A stretch of 64,000 bases of DNA from Sphingobium sp. (GCF_023266575.1 NZ_JAHFPV010000001.1), one strand, 5' to 3'; numbered from the stretch's first letter, positions 61,101 through 64,000 are shown. The notes: generated by a model not told the origin, from the sequence alone. Numbers and translations: made by a program.

Positions 61101-64000
61101 CGCCGCCATTTCCTGGCCTGAGCAGGCGTGGCGCGGTCCTGGTCGCGGGTGCGGCCAAGCCGTTGCCGATCCTGCGGCTGAACGTCGGCTTCACGGCGCT
61201 CAATGCGCTGGTGTTCGCGCCTGCCATCGGCATTGCCGCCGTTGGCGGCCTGGCTGGCGCGACGGTCGCGCTTGGTCTGGCTGGCGCTGCCATCGGGTCG
61301 ATCGCGCTGCCGCTGTTTGCGCAGCTCAAGGAAATCCAGATTTACGCCGATCTGGCGAAAGATCAGGACGCCGTCCGCCGGATCGACCTGTCGCCTGAAT
61401 TTACGCAGGCGGAACTGAATGACGGCAAGACGATCCTTGCCAGCTTCCCGCCGCAGGCCTTCCAGTCCGACAAGGGACCGATTGTCTCCAGCGTCGCATC
61501 GCTGGTCGCCAATGACGGCAGCACGTCCGTCACGATCACAGGGCTTGACTTCATCGACGGTGAAGCCGGATCGATCAGCGCAAAGACCAGCAACGTCCGG
61601 GTCGTCCTGACCCACGGATCGAAGCGGGTTGTGATATCCGATGCAGTCATAACCGGCAGCATTGGCGGGACACAGCGACTAAGCTTCACGGCACCGCCCA
61701 CCGTCCTGCTGGGGGCCAGCGATATCACGATCGTCCGCCCGGCTGTCGGATCGTTCGGGTCGGCGAGCGGTGAGCCCAATGATTTCACCGAACTGGTCGA
61801 AAGCGCGGTGGTCAAGATCGACAACAAGGCGGGATATGCCTTTGTCGGCGATGCGAAGGGCGTGCAGATCATCGATCGCAAACTCTCGTTCGAAACGACA
61901 CAGGCTACGGACCAATTGATCGCCCGTATCGATCTTGGCGCGCCGGTCAGGGAAATCGTCGTGACCGGCGACCTGGGCGCAGCATTTGTGGCGACCGAAA
62001 AGGGTATTGCCGTCATCGATACGCTGACGCTGCGCCAATATGATCTCAACCCCAATAGCGACAATGATTTCATCAAGGTCGAGGGCGGGGTGGTCACGGC
62101 GCTCGCGGTCGATACGGAGAATGGCTATCTCTACGCAGCCGGGCTGGGCAAGGTCTATGTCATCAACATTGATCCGGGCCGGGACAATTATCTGAAGGTC
62201 ATCGCCGACCCGCAACATACGCTGAATATGGAAATCACCAGCAAGGGCGAACAGTTCGGCCATATCACGAGCATGGCACTGAATGCCGATGGCACCCGCC
62301 TCTATGTGGGCCTGCCGGTATCCGAAATGTTCGGTCAGCGCCCCTGGATCAACAATCAGAACAGCGATGCCGGCCTGATCATGGTCGTCAACGTCGATGA
62401 GGAACAGCGCCCGGCCGAGGATCAGGCCAATATCCACGGATGGCGAACTGTTGTGGACAAGGTCGCGGCAGGTATCGAGGTGTTCGATATCCAGCCGACC
62501 GTCGATCCCAACAAAATGGTATTCGTTGCGCGCGGGGACCGCAATCGCGGTGCCAAGTTGCTGGAGCGCACGCCTGCCGGAACGCACATCGTTACCCAGG
62601 TCGCGACCCTGACCATGGGTCAGGAAATCGGCGTGTTCGAACAACCGTTCACCATCGCCGGGCTGGTCATCAGCGTCGACAAGAAGCGCAGCACCGATGA
62701 AGGCCGCTTTTCGATCGGCCGGGTGCCGGATCTCAACGTCCATAATGCGTCGGGCATCGCAGTCACGCCGGACTTGGAATATATGTTTGTCGCTGATTGG
62801 GGTTTGCCGACCCTCTATTGGTATCGCGACCTCGATTACTCTCAGCTGGTCGATGAATTTTACCGGGTCGGTTCAAAAATTCTCGTCATCCAGGATCCCT
62901 TCGGGCCGAACCGTCGGCTCGTCGGGGCGACGACGCCGGTTCCGTTCGCGTTCCTGGAGGAATTGCGTGTCGATAGCTCCGGCACCAAGCTTTACGCGAA
63001 TTACCGGGGTGCCGGTAACATCGTCATCATGGACATCAACAAGGTCCGCGACATCGCCAAGCGCAGCGATTTCGACAAGCTGCTCGTCGAGTTTCAGGAC
63101 AAGGCGATCGATAACCCCAACTATCCCTTCGATATCTATAATGAATCCACCGGCCAGGGTGCCGTTGACGTCACCCGGCATGGGCGCGGACTGGCGCTCA
63201 ATGCGATCCAGGCGCTCAATCTGCTCACCCCGACGACCGAACTGGACCTTCATGGCGACAACCCGCCGCCGCTGACCTTCAAGTGGGAATTCGATCCGAC
63301 GCTCATTCCGGCTGGATCGGTTATGAAAACCAGCTTCTATCTCAGCACCCTCGCGCCCGGCGACGGGTTGTGGCCGGACGATCCGATCCGCGAGAGAGGT
63401 TTGCTGCAACAGCCCGACTGGCAGGGTTCCGACAAGCATCCCAGCCGCATTTTTACCAAGGTGAATCTGGAAGCGGGCAAATGGCGGGTTCTGGCGAGCG
63501 GCGAAGTGGTGTCGGATGGGGCGCTGCCTCCGGGCAAATTTGAACTGACCTTCGATCCTGAATTTGCGCGGGTTCTGACCGGTGGGCAGACCTATTTCTG
63601 GGGCGTCCGTTCAACCGAATTTGGCATTCGCGATTTCCGGCAATTTACCGTTCTGCCCGACAAGGTGCCGGCCGGCACGTTCAACGGCGTGACCGTACTG
63701 ACCCATGGTTTCCAGCTGGACGGCATCTGGACCGACAATGATTCCTTCCACCAGCCTGCGGCTTTCCAGGAAATGGGAGAGATGATCTCGCGTCTGGGCG
63801 GGGGCGGCATCGTCCTGCTCTATGATAAGAACAAGGGCACCTGGGTGGACATGAGCAACCCGACAAGGGTTGTCACTGGTGATATGCTGGCAGCCTATGC
63901 CGGCAAGCCTGTCGTGCTGATTTCGGACTGGGTCCGTGAATCCGCCCATGCCGAAGCGGGTTTCTCCGAAGCTGCCGCCGACGCTCTGTTTGCCGCGCTC
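34130..64000 (+). CDS. Giant (at least 9,957 aa, 3' end beyond window) mosaic repeat protein; candidate extracellular adhesin or lectin-decorated fibre
   Basis: Frame 2 (codon starts = 2 mod 3) opens after TGA 33992-33994. I translated it by eye without meeting a stop over 34130-34700, 35402-35890, 38762-39360, 40082-40670, 41882-46390, 51122-56300 and 59702-64000. The ORF track lists no + frame-2 ORF anywhere in 33995-64000, although frames 1 and 3 hold many 60-200 aa ORFs. That pattern is expected if frame 2 never terminates and the ORF finder requires a stop. 29,871 nt = 9,957 codons. Candidate starts are ATG 34130 (G7 run upstream), ATG 34058 and TTG 34013. The product is domain-like throughout (see sub-features). 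Confidence 0.9.
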   Translation, partial: MEQDVKAFRKLGDLLARGRRSLDRLPGDWRLRRRAALRNSSSLANRLHFEAVEPRLLLAADVPPITGTIEVPGETDRFAFTLTEPKKVVFDSLTATNNMFWALADQKGSIVSNRNLAQSDSYDFSGGNILDLQAGEYTLSIDGRADATGNYAFRLLDTANADVFTPGDVVNGLHKANETALYKFDALAGDSFFFDAHSYPAESTAWRLIGPDGEYVTGPHGFDDSGAYLLNRSGTYMMEIEGRVYNSATADISYSFTFGKITQTGAALTINERVQGRLATAGSSTVFDFDLASDSKLLFDNLIRRDSLKWSLSGPRGQVINNRNFNSSDSFNGDPLLNLVAGQYKLTVFADGDATGDFAFRLLDFSTTATAISAGDSFGATIEDGGALANIAHPTGAPLDYSAQGGTINRSWDVATLGELEVANDAALNPAAITVEAWVNARSGGGFYQGIVSKINDTGWSNGYGLVRVGGNVRFFVNNWNDGFVEAPLATDQWKHVAGAYDGTTLRLYVDGALVAEKAYDAAINHSANALNIGAAPTGNYQFDGQVDDVRLWGMARSAADIASGYQRPLTGSESGLAGYWRFDEATGQTAADIAPGALVASGVLRRGTETKLFRFDGVKDDHYFFNLLSASNNQYIRVYRPDGTLLLNGSGLGDIDLGELPETGEYLIAVEGYLYNQGSAAFTAELLKVSDDAAALTLNALTSGRIDAGEADRFTFTLSEATKLAFDSLTANSALSWSLTGPFGSEITNRNFYYSDSAEIDTSSSQLLNLAPGAYTLTVDGAGDTAGDYQFRLLNLASATALTLDAETTGRLEPGNETDMFAFTGQEGDAISVERISSTNVNAFWRLYDPLGRLVTSARQFNGSVPLTLDYDGTYVLVLEGRVWEGAPVDYALKVSRTGSTAPPDRGTGTAFTLGAAVSDTLSAADEIDLHSFTITAPTRVYFDSLTPDTGKTWALFGPSGRITPDRAFYYTDSFENYANTFIDLTQPGDYQIRVQGSTGTYSFRLLDFASATPVAADGSVTSSTLTPVRESDIFSFTASAGEKIVLDVRDYPNSASWRIFSSNGRQLFGPAGFDYHELTMPVSDTYYFVVEGRVWDSSASDNYAFILNRPADPAPIDLTLNDIVEGTIAKTGDVQRYRFTVDTQKLVIFDNFSAEVYLEWALTGPQTSVGNRFYYSDSYEQQNRTPMLLEAGDYELVVRGSQQVETGGRTLGDYKFRLLDAAAGTLLAVDGSSTSGTLDPGRETDVYRFTATAGEKIFFDGIQGAGNGSVRILDAFGQVVYGPTDFRDSAITMPRAGTYTLLVEGRPWDNTATINYQFALSRIEADPAPIALNFGERTTATIAKPTQKQRYTFTLTAPKSFYFDSFTPDTEMSWTISSAGLNLVSSNFYSTDSYENSADRIFTLPAGDYSLDISGNAGKTGSAEFRLIDTVSATALDFGQPVRSDLTPLRETDVYSFEGTAGETIFYQNLQSQPNASLRIIDPDGLQFVGPTNMDNREIVLPKTGRYLILVEGRVWDASASQSYGFTLQKPTNPTQTIVIDGTTNAALTRPGKIGNALSFSAHEQIQIVDPALDLRQDVTVEFWINPDRQADTWSPIVYKADDAGQRGYSVWFNANGQIHFSSMRGASNDTLETASGAVPYGEWSHVAAVLERSTGTMKIYINGVLAASRSVSTALSNGSPATPLFVGGTSEYNEAHRKFEGGLDEVRVWSSGRTEAQIAATMNVGAPTDTTGLALRLGLDAVTSGAVTNSVTGAAIPVLRDLANVKGVVEGRLDTPGDKRTYTFTVAERTMMVFDSLHDNDQMVVSVTGPGGFSISNNLRNGDSYELGGRNPVFTVEPGTYTILVDGTGAATGAFAFRLLNLSAAPLVPFDTAISQTASGSSESYAYRLNVNPGDNLLLDVQQVTNSNNRVSYRLIDPYGRQIFGPVDFASRESGALAIGGVYTLIVEPRVWREWPVDFRFAAYKVASTPPVAITLDGPNPQAPQIQPGKSGNALTLRGVDYVEVPSSAEVSPSRNLTVEGWFKLDRFTNSWTSLVAKSTHSTSPYRIAVNGNGSVWAAVRDASGVQSIQTGGGLIAAGEWAHIALVADRDGGAMKILVNGVEQASGTIRIGNNADAGEPLLIGQYEEVETSYGQWEGAVDSFRIWDIARSEADVAAGMTSPPATGTSGLLYALDFESIALSGDALLRTTNPNGVSGRIAQPGESDIYSFSLTAETLVMLDSLTNSGDINWTLTGPQGEVVSARRFSDTDSADFTASPVLRLGAGDYELKIDAVGSVTGNYNFRLRDLSLGTPLTLGSPVSGTLTPTSETDIYRFAANAGETFFFDGGTVHNDMRWRLIDPFGNEVFGPNTVGNIDGLELPISGVYSLLIEGRAYTATVADYQFGVYPITTQNAALTIGSRVDGSIGTVGESDAYSFTLGAASKLVFDALTTATIFNWTLRGPDGVEVASRNVHDSDGFDFGGNPVLSLGAGSYTLTIDATAENTGDYSFRLLDLASAEELVPDGTFNRTIAQNGRETDMFRFTATAGMRFGFDVVSNSSSNNSWRLIDPLGQVIFGPVGLGDTDLMTAVMAGTYTLLVEGRRSATTDGSYSFIYNQPTILPAGGQTSQNFDVAGLPYILGNHRGTAAQILADGGDNVIRLTDSLQVNSQNSIAFSATGSGRQDVVDLGFDFRLTRRAGQTEDADGFGLLYLPVSQYGNGGPGMLVTPEANLAGALGIGFDTLSNGEVNANHISIHYNGVKLTDIANPGLTLASGNWARARIVVERTDGGSLVTIELTPEGGATIAAVTDFFVAGMELEAGRLVLGASQGSATADQDFDNFAIAMTAAAQPMTALTLNDAVSGSIAAAGAVQRYEFTLTEETAVVFDALTNNGALRWEISGPTQTPAPRSFNGTDSAEFSGNPVMTLAPGTYRVAISATGTNTGSFSFRLASLADGTAINLNETQDLTLTPGNLTEIYRFDAMAGQALFFDLLSGSNDPFWRLIDPAGNLVFNTTRVGDVEEPLLPLDGTYTLLIEGRVGTSAPQTLSFRVVDMVESITPLTIGETINGTIAAPGTKVRYTFSVSDPQYLIFDSLINTTQFAWTLTGPSGTILSRHFQNADAHSGASPGAIFFEPGDYAITVDANDDLTGDFAFRLLDTALASDLVLNAPTTGRLEPGNSTNLYKFTGAVGDNIYFDFISSPGSGQWRLFDPDGRVAMSANYRSDTGFITLEKAGVYTLAYEGQIGEGGPVDYQFQVDKVVHKSRTIDLGETISSKLDQPGQREDLLFTLTEETLVYVDALSPFGDVSWRLTGPAGDFAALPFTQTDSYDRSNAQVVYRLPAGDHVLRIESGTTADRDYSIRLQKLADALPITPGVPVNGTLSPGAETDMYRFEGEAGDRFFFDRLSYAGVSTHWRLIAPNGRQLFAGDMNDVDTLVLPDSGSYTLLIEGYVQQAASVGTYSFNVIENTLIAPIRISSLEVRPSPDLIPIELAVSSSGTISSGSEITISWKTRNQGTRPTDGAWQDRVLLRNLDTNEIIGNILLDDSGTVIAAEGERQRQTTLTLPTGNRGVGRIGVTVTNDVANTISEENILGTAETNNAATLEFTSQLAPFRDLVVSAVTADPAGGWNPGDTVTVNWTTTNAGNSATAADFSERVFVRNVMTGQQVQVATVGFTGALGAEEAAQRSAQITWPAGIVGQGIFEFSVVTDIFDQVAEANITATGETNNSTAETITSAPDLQIRNLAISNSAPASGDVITLTWNESNLGNVGTLAGFDNRLLVQNLTTGETLLNSTIITTSALAAGESRARTTSFTLPEGQRAVGDIRVTIIADSNANGQTSVREAAAGVAAEGNNSAQAAVAVTARQYADLRVSNVSAPANGLGGGNITVSWTVTNAGVATADGVTWSDRVILSSDAVIGNADDVILGNVTRTGGLAEGGSYNGSGTLALPNVTSGNYRIYVVADAAQDIVEPDTRADNVGGPANLAITSRAPNLVTEAISGPTATVLGGDPFTVSWRVRNTGDAAAAGGHVDRLVLSADGVADADDLVLAEVSRDAGLAIGDSYTVSVQARVQDGRSGDYRLILVTDAGSTVFENGLEGDNAGVSTPVRFAVAPSGNLVVESVTAPAGARPGETVEVSYIIRNSGTVTASAPWADRIYVDDDTTVSGATTLASIVRTFDLAPGETYEVRQSVTLPVNLADGTYNILVRADVGQQVFEGGIEADNDGASGALVLTHPDLVPINVTLPGGANPQSNSDIAVTWQVRNDGSGASIGGWTDSLWLSRDGIVGAGDIKLGEVVRGSSLGVGEVYDGALTVRLPIDASGEYRIIVQSDSTAAVPETNVGETNNSASVALTVGLAPYADLEVSNVTAPARTINDPARVTVGWTVTNIGTGLGTTDSWTDRVYVSRDDIFGDGDDILLGELVHSGGLALGDSYDANLDLILPAGFYGRYTLFVRSDATEAVFENGADANRTALAGFFDVSPIAWADLQIESVVAPTLAQSGTSIDVTWRESNQGIGLTNTGEWFDSVYLEKTDGSGRILLGSVNHLGFLGVGDSYDRTANFTLPDGIAGDYRIVVIAPGGENPGNQPYEFAFTGNNSGTSAPISISLAPPPDLRVTAISAPTNGVEGGVVDISWTVKNEGLSAAEGSWVDRVYLRKAGDSGAGTLIGTYSYTGPLAAGTSYTRREEMRLPAKTSDRFEVIVVTDAADAVYEHTAEANNRSVDDQSILVSVLPRPDLQISEIIAPDRVTAGATASVDFTVINQGLIEANGNWTDQVWLSLDDKISGDDILVSQLANPIALDSLESYESSSATFTVPLRFRGNVFVLVATDTGNAIDEWPNDTTASNVRAQQIYVEPVPFADLVVDNVVTNAQAFEGNSVPVRYTVTNRGAGTSNLGQWTEQIWLTRDKNRPHPGLGDILLTSVAYTGGPLVEGQGYDRELTVTLPASVVSGTYYIMPWVDPYATLLEDSLAINVNPDDPAEIQSSNYRARAIQIVGTPPVSSTRAIAVTDVTAPVSAKGGDDFTVNWTVRSTGDAQANGWMDQVYLSDAPLLENARNIFDLGSSQNLSPLDPGASYTNSATFKLNPAAAGLYVIVKSTLGGDPNTLDNAKFAATSVTNAPADLQVVSVVPAAPGVVAYSGERTSVTYTVENKGAPVWSGTQYWTDQIWVSKDPTFIENRATYVGSVTQANEGLGTGQSYTNTLEFDMPPGVDGEYYVYVFTNTPRRPVVPSDIVRSGDNDALRDQAFRNFVFELPAGTVEQAQFPVVYREADLKVTELTLPDTLPAGGTVEISFRVENVGTRATRENSWVDRVYLSLDASLDEGDWLMSREASPGVIVRAENTHVGILNPGESYIAKVTVSLPFELEGGFNVIAAADSGLEQSGYANSTLSPRLAGVRGAVNGKVREYAGEGNNLTVQPVTLTPYTPPDLQVATLSAPLRATRGQPFRVEYSVTNVGGATPTLQPQWDDLVYLSRDPFLDLTSDRFLGSIRHTGGLDAGGTYSVVKDFVVPGDLGTEAYYVFVVTDPARYDATGSLFEADERNNVRGSDVPMVIELPPPTDIQVTDIVAPDNKQAGDPVTISWTVTNKSAVTASGSWSDAVYLSRDATWDVGDKLLGRANFAGSLLADQSYTLNLDTTLPGAAAGDYRIIVRADARNQLFEDVGEANNITAAANATSISIETLTLGIPLSANLKPGQERLYRIVVPAEQTLRLRVASDDERAINEVFLRHDDVPTSALFDATYTGPLAQELTAIVPDTEPGVYYVMVRGYSGPDEGSTVRLIADLMPMVITSIDTDTGGDSRYVTTTIKGARFHENAILKLSRPGIAEFEPVAWEVVDSSTIIATFDFTDAPHGLYDLKVTNPDGAETVEPYRFLIERGIEPEVTIGVGGPRVILAGDQATYSIALQNISNLDAPYTFFQVGVPELNYNQYVYGLKFLEFFTNVRGIPEGAEGSDNANVPFINLESITNTNGQLLTSGFLFDQPADGFGGFTVNIRTYPGLKEMADRAFSAFQDRMNSLFPDLAPILDGGEGGLGDWWEAVKDKVSEIMPAARSTLDQLDFVGLYQQNSAVPSKDEIPFIPFRFHIVAAATTMTRAEFVDFQSKQARDLRTAILEANDAPAPLLALAADEGQWTDLYLAALEQAGLLRDEQDVPPIRTKQHIVSMMTTLASGILFGPGGSAVRSTGDLLAFFDQIRAYYGHQDGLMAAIEYMDPRHSDKYDGEIPVPALPVRADYDLGLSTPTHFEAFRIFVPWVPFDQRGAGLPADFQINGPEPVDGQEFAQLDFSRFFASEGQVNRLASITGPQTLDTQGWLPGAAELPYTVSFENAAGSARYTNEIQVVTTLDPDLDPRSFRLGDIKIGDINIDVPDGRTSFDAEIDFTATRGFILRVSAVLDLFQQPASASWLIQAIDPLTGEVLQDATRGLLAPNDASGKGAGFVSYTIVPADDVATGERISASARVLMDGFAPEDTIVLSQMIDAAAPTSTLTAKRVGTTANFEVNWRVLDDVGGSGVKHVTLYAAENGGDFKIWQRMLPDVSGVLVFEGEAGKSYEFLALATDIAGNREVPKPGVNAISDGSSVNLGGVPTVPDTTAPNFGQPPAPTPEPSTNALFTQAEALVPAAAPLSAPSEFDSVLSPFVARAFATGITRSTSEIGPMAIVETPEADFLVSGGTNRGTIWKFSGQGGAAATPFAELDTAIFNMAFDADGGLWATTGGGPLLRLDPQTGAVLDRFGDGVTIALAVHPTTGKIYVSTNSGVSIFNPDDGSFTQWSRDENLRVGSLAFDNDGALWAVTWPDRKQVVRFTDRARAETMLTFDAPADSLAFGQAGTRLDGLLFVTHTAGTVDDAGLAEPGGALTMVDTATLRRIDVAKGGSRGDVVITTSDGRVLVSQSNQVDIIAPATAPVVVATNPSPGAQIALPQAFLSVTFDQDMFAGAASQAGSVTNAEYYTLNHATLGAQQIRAVTYDAASRTAYLNVGNIPAGDYTLTIGAPLTSANGQRMGVNYQTGFAAFEDISTLVDILFEDTRLDRETGTISYKVTITNKTDGPITLPALLTIDPLGGFPGVPLGATGQTDDGRFLIDLSGALPPDGILEAGESTSGRTVSITTSANRRLDFVTGIVANAVPNTAPSFVSVPPQSATVGTPLSYQVVANDAEGQAVSFGLLTAPAGMTIDATTGLLQWTPPAGTASITPVVIEAFDARGAVSLQRFVLAIAGGNRAPEFTSSLSAVSSGEGQLFEFELVAVDPESQPLTYWADGLPAGATFDPATRAFSWLPGYESAGTYDVRFFVTDGLSRDEVVVTLFVAERNEPPQVVPVADRIAREGDLVNFRINASSRSDRELSYGAETLPFGATLNPTTGEFTWTPNYIQNGVYDIAFFVTDGETLVRFVTKITVGNANAAPVFDQLEGWQILEGQQLAFNVFAFDPDNPYYTPALRNGENGEAVETSETSRSVTVQLIGDIPPGATFDPDTYDFTWTPTNAQAGDHVVRFRATDNGDGTGVPLTTDIIVPISVFNQNRRPVVSPIENATVAKDAVLEIPVSASDADGNPLVLALRNESPFRPLPNFITFVDNGDGTGKIRVAPGANARGDHVVIVTATDDGDGSGEPLGGGYAFTIKVTSPNEAPEIGYIGDVVAVIGEAMKVVVNVADMDQDALTYAVAGLPGATITPTSIYGKALIEWTPTLAQAGNHDALVTVTDSGSGVVTPVSDTASFKVVVRATNAAPQLAPVGNHSITEGEALAFTLSGADADNDRLTFTMSGAPETASLDPVTGAFVWTPPLNSSGEYSVTFSVSDGHSSSSETITLTVANANQAPVFVPMGLQLAREGAPMVFRIIAGDPDADPVIYQAPNGLPEGMLFIPARGEIQWTPGYAQAGDHILRFTATDPLGAVDSIDVMVRVANVNRLPVLDEGYHAFLIGEEKRFTVRASDPDSEDVLTFSAEDLPEGASFDAVTGEFVWTPGPGQAGDYAVTLIADDGRAKVRQTILLRATIDPVPPVVRLELTPSFPAAPGQNVLIHAVADSLADITSLRVLLDGQEVLLDANGRATVVAGSPGKYSFTVTARDADGGEKTITQILKVRDPLDKNAPSVLFDGAIDDAIVTSTLAITGTIDDSNLDGWTLQLIDGQGDVTLLGEGGANLAGTLATLDGRSLADGFYRLRLTATDISGRTSVDSATIELRTGADKTSRYTTQHVDISTVLGGVPFDLVRAYDSITGKWTFLGLDADIVTSVGSQPNAGGALPAFEIGTRLFLTLPTGERAGFTFNPVEEVIGGQTFYRPAWTADGTHGWQFSSIDVQLRKIGGKFYDVDSGAAYNPGSPVFGDRDYALRAPDGTIYILDSQRGTVEIQKAEGKLLIGDSGVTALGGDALRFLHDARGNVTQVTDATGKASIYSWDEDNQLTALRDLVTGAGVRYGYVDGRLALEVPSSGAGKRIVYNGDGTVVTEAIVADLATPATFTGQTVSGDLGAGGAESFAFTLRESELEGLPNTFVILRVETTGTVMPQITGLTPLASAQAGGKLVTLFALSTSGLHELRMSGSGAYSFEMRAAGDINGDAKVDGLDSAAVVAALAGSDVSGDGVTDAIDNQIVAANYGFRANQSPVIAATIPLEKTHVDLQRYVDLTKLATDPDGDRLYFRIVGATGGAAALAADGRGVLFTPTAGYSGAASIRFSADDGFGSSAEGVIDINVSDAALLSLNFALRQPAFAAPGESGGVGLVGQFADQADVSLPYSYVTASVGHPDIVRLGTDGTLLALAQGSTYLKVSRGNIAAATSLTVGEPDSVRELMTQIYGINAYPDSVTLLPNGGSRAIITSLDPTEETFANGAAAGTVYVSADSAIVTVDENGLMRGVGAGSTFVTVINGFSEDRVMVSVTPPVIGDDVAVNGAAGAIVQNADGVQIAFGPGTLSGNATVTIDTLTEAELPIVMPATDAFHFLSAFDLQVDGAEFNDTVQIAVPVTGNPGDQVWFFASVDLPLGPNGETIPVWTVIDSGVIDADGMARAKSPPFPGLSRRGAVLVAGAAKPLPILRLNVGFTALNALVFAPAIGIAAVGGLAGATVALGLAGAAIGSIALPLFAQLKEIQIYADLAKDQDAVRRIDLSPEFTQAELNDGKTILASFPPQAFQSDKGPIVSSVASLVANDGSTSVTITGLDFIDGEAGSISAKTSNVRVVLTHGSKRVVISDAVITGSIGGTQRLSFTAPPTVLLGASDITIVRPAVGSFGSASGEPNDFTELVESAVVKIDNKAGYAFVGDAKGVQIIDRKLSFETTQATDQLIARIDLGAPVREIVVTGDLGAAFVATEKGIAVIDTLTLRQYDLNPNSDNDFIKVEGGVVTALAVDTENGYLYAAGLGKVYVINIDPGRDNYLKVIADPQHTLNMEITSKGEQFGHITSMALNADGTRLYVGLPVSEMFGQRPWINNQNSDAGLIMVVNVDEEQRPAEDQANIHGWRTVVDKVAAGIEVFDIQPTVDPNKMVFVARGDRNRGAKLLERTPAGTHIVTQVATLTMGQEIGVFEQPFTIAGLVISVDKKRSTDEGRFSIGRVPDLNVHNASGIAVTPDLEYMFVADWGLPTLYWYRDLDYSQLVDEFYRVGSKILVIQDPFGPNRRLVGATTPVPFAFLEELRVDSSGTKLYANYRGAGNIVIMDINKVRDIAKRSDFDKLLVEFQDKAIDNPNYPFDIYNESTGQGAVDVTRHGRGLALNAIQALNLLTPTTELDLHGDNPPPLTFKWEFDPTLIPAGSVMKTSFYLSTLAPGDGLWPDDPIRERGLLQQPDWQGSDKHPSRIFTKVNLEAGKWRVLASGEVVSDGALPPGKFELTFDPEFARVLTGGQTYFWGVRSTEFGIRDFRQFTVLPDKVPAGTFNGVTVLTHGFQLDGIWTDNDSFHQPAAFQEMGEMISRLGGGGIVLLYDKNKGTWVDMSNPTRVVTGDMLAAYAGKPVVLISDWVRESAHAEAGFSEAAADALFAAL
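34283..34309 (+). other. LEPR-x-LL-type N-terminal motif of the giant protein
   Basis: Residues ...RLHFEAVEPRLLLAADVPP... about 50 aa from the start. They resemble the LEPRxLL motif reported at the N-termini of very large repetitive bacterial proteins (recalled from NCBIfam descriptions, not searched). Confidence 0.5.
35345..35890 (+). other. LamG / concanavalin-A-like lectin domain 1 (inserted between the A and B domains of module 2)
   Basis: DAALNPAAITVEAWVNARSGGGFYQGIVSK...DQWKHVAGAYDGTTLRLYVDGALVA...NIGAAPTGNYQFDGQVDDVRLWGMARSAADI...LAGYWRFDE is the classic Laminin_G_3 pattern. Confidence 0.8.
38780..39360 (+). other. LamG / concanavalin-A-like lectin domain 2
   Basis: GKIGNALSFSAHEQIQIVDPALDLRQDVTVEFWINPDRQADTWSPIVYK...GEWSHVAAVLERSTGTMKIYINGVLAA...FEGGLDEVRVWSSGRTEAQI. 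Confidence 0.8.
40095..40670 (+). other. LamG / concanavalin-A-like lectin domain 3
   Basis: GKSGNALTLRGVDYVEVPSSAEVSPSRNLTVEGWFKLDRFTNSWTSLVAK...GEWAHIALVADRDGGAMKILVNGVEQA...WEGAVDSFRIWDIARSEADV. Confidence 0.8.
41960..42610 (+). other. L-type (legume-like) lectin-fold domain
   Basis: NSIAFSATGSG...FDFRLTRRAGQTEDADGFGLLYLP...LGIGFDTLSNGEVNANHISIHYNG...GNWARARIVVE...LVLGASQGSATADQDFDNFAI parallels the legume-lectin landmarks (ADG.aF; vEFDT..N....NHiGIdvN) as I remember them. Confidence 0.55.
44515..51130 (+). repeat. About 17 tandem CARDB-like (cell-adhesion-related domain in bacteria) repeats, period about 365-480 bp
   Basis: Repeat heads of the form (P/A)DL.V..V.AP.....G....V.W.V.N.G lie near 44527, 44920, 45287, 45683, 46053, 46424, 46785, 47160, 47537, 47917, 48286, 48660, 49095, 49443, 49888, 50367 and 50765. 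Each ends ...Y.I.V..D....V.E..E.NN. Confidence 0.75.
53990..54790 (+). other. Beta-propeller region (NHL/SGL-like blades), followed by an SbsA-type Ig-like domain to about 55130
   Basis: Recurrent blade-like segments: FNMAFDADGGLWATTGGGPLLRLDPQTG, IALAVHPTTGKIYVSTNSGVSIFNPDDG, SLAFDNDGALWAVTWPDRKQVVRF and VVITTSDGRVLVSQSNQVDII. Then VVATNPSPGAQIALPQAFLSVTFDQDM...YTLTI. Confidence 0.55.
55460..58060 (+). repeat. 9 tandem cadherin-like / putative-Ig (He_PIG, dystroglycan-type) repeats, about 270-350 bp each
   Basis: Repeat heads N.AP.F lie near 55475, 55745, 56020, 56290, 56640, 56950, 57255, 57525 and 57795. The recurring core is ...LP.GA.FDP.TG.F.WTP...Q.G.Y.V.F.V.DG......I.V.N.N.AP. Confidence 0.75.
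59738..59875 (+). other. Dockerin-type-I-like duplicated Ca-binding loop/helix segment
   Basis: GDINGDAKVDGLDSAAVVAALAGSDVSGDGVTDAIDNQIVAANYGF holds two D.NGD/D.SGDG..D..D loops, each followed by a short helix. This is the dockerin duplicated F-hand layout. Confidence 0.55.
61178..61322 (+). other. Internal hydrophobic Gly/Ala-rich (glycine-zipper-like) segment, long enough for a transmembrane hairpin
   Basis: LNVGFTALNALVFAPAIGIAAVGGLAGATVALGLAGAAIGSIALPLFA: about 48 uncharged residues with repeated G-x3-G spacing. It lies between Big_2-like domains (about 60270-60720) and an IPT-like domain (about 61470-61760). Confidence 0.5.
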
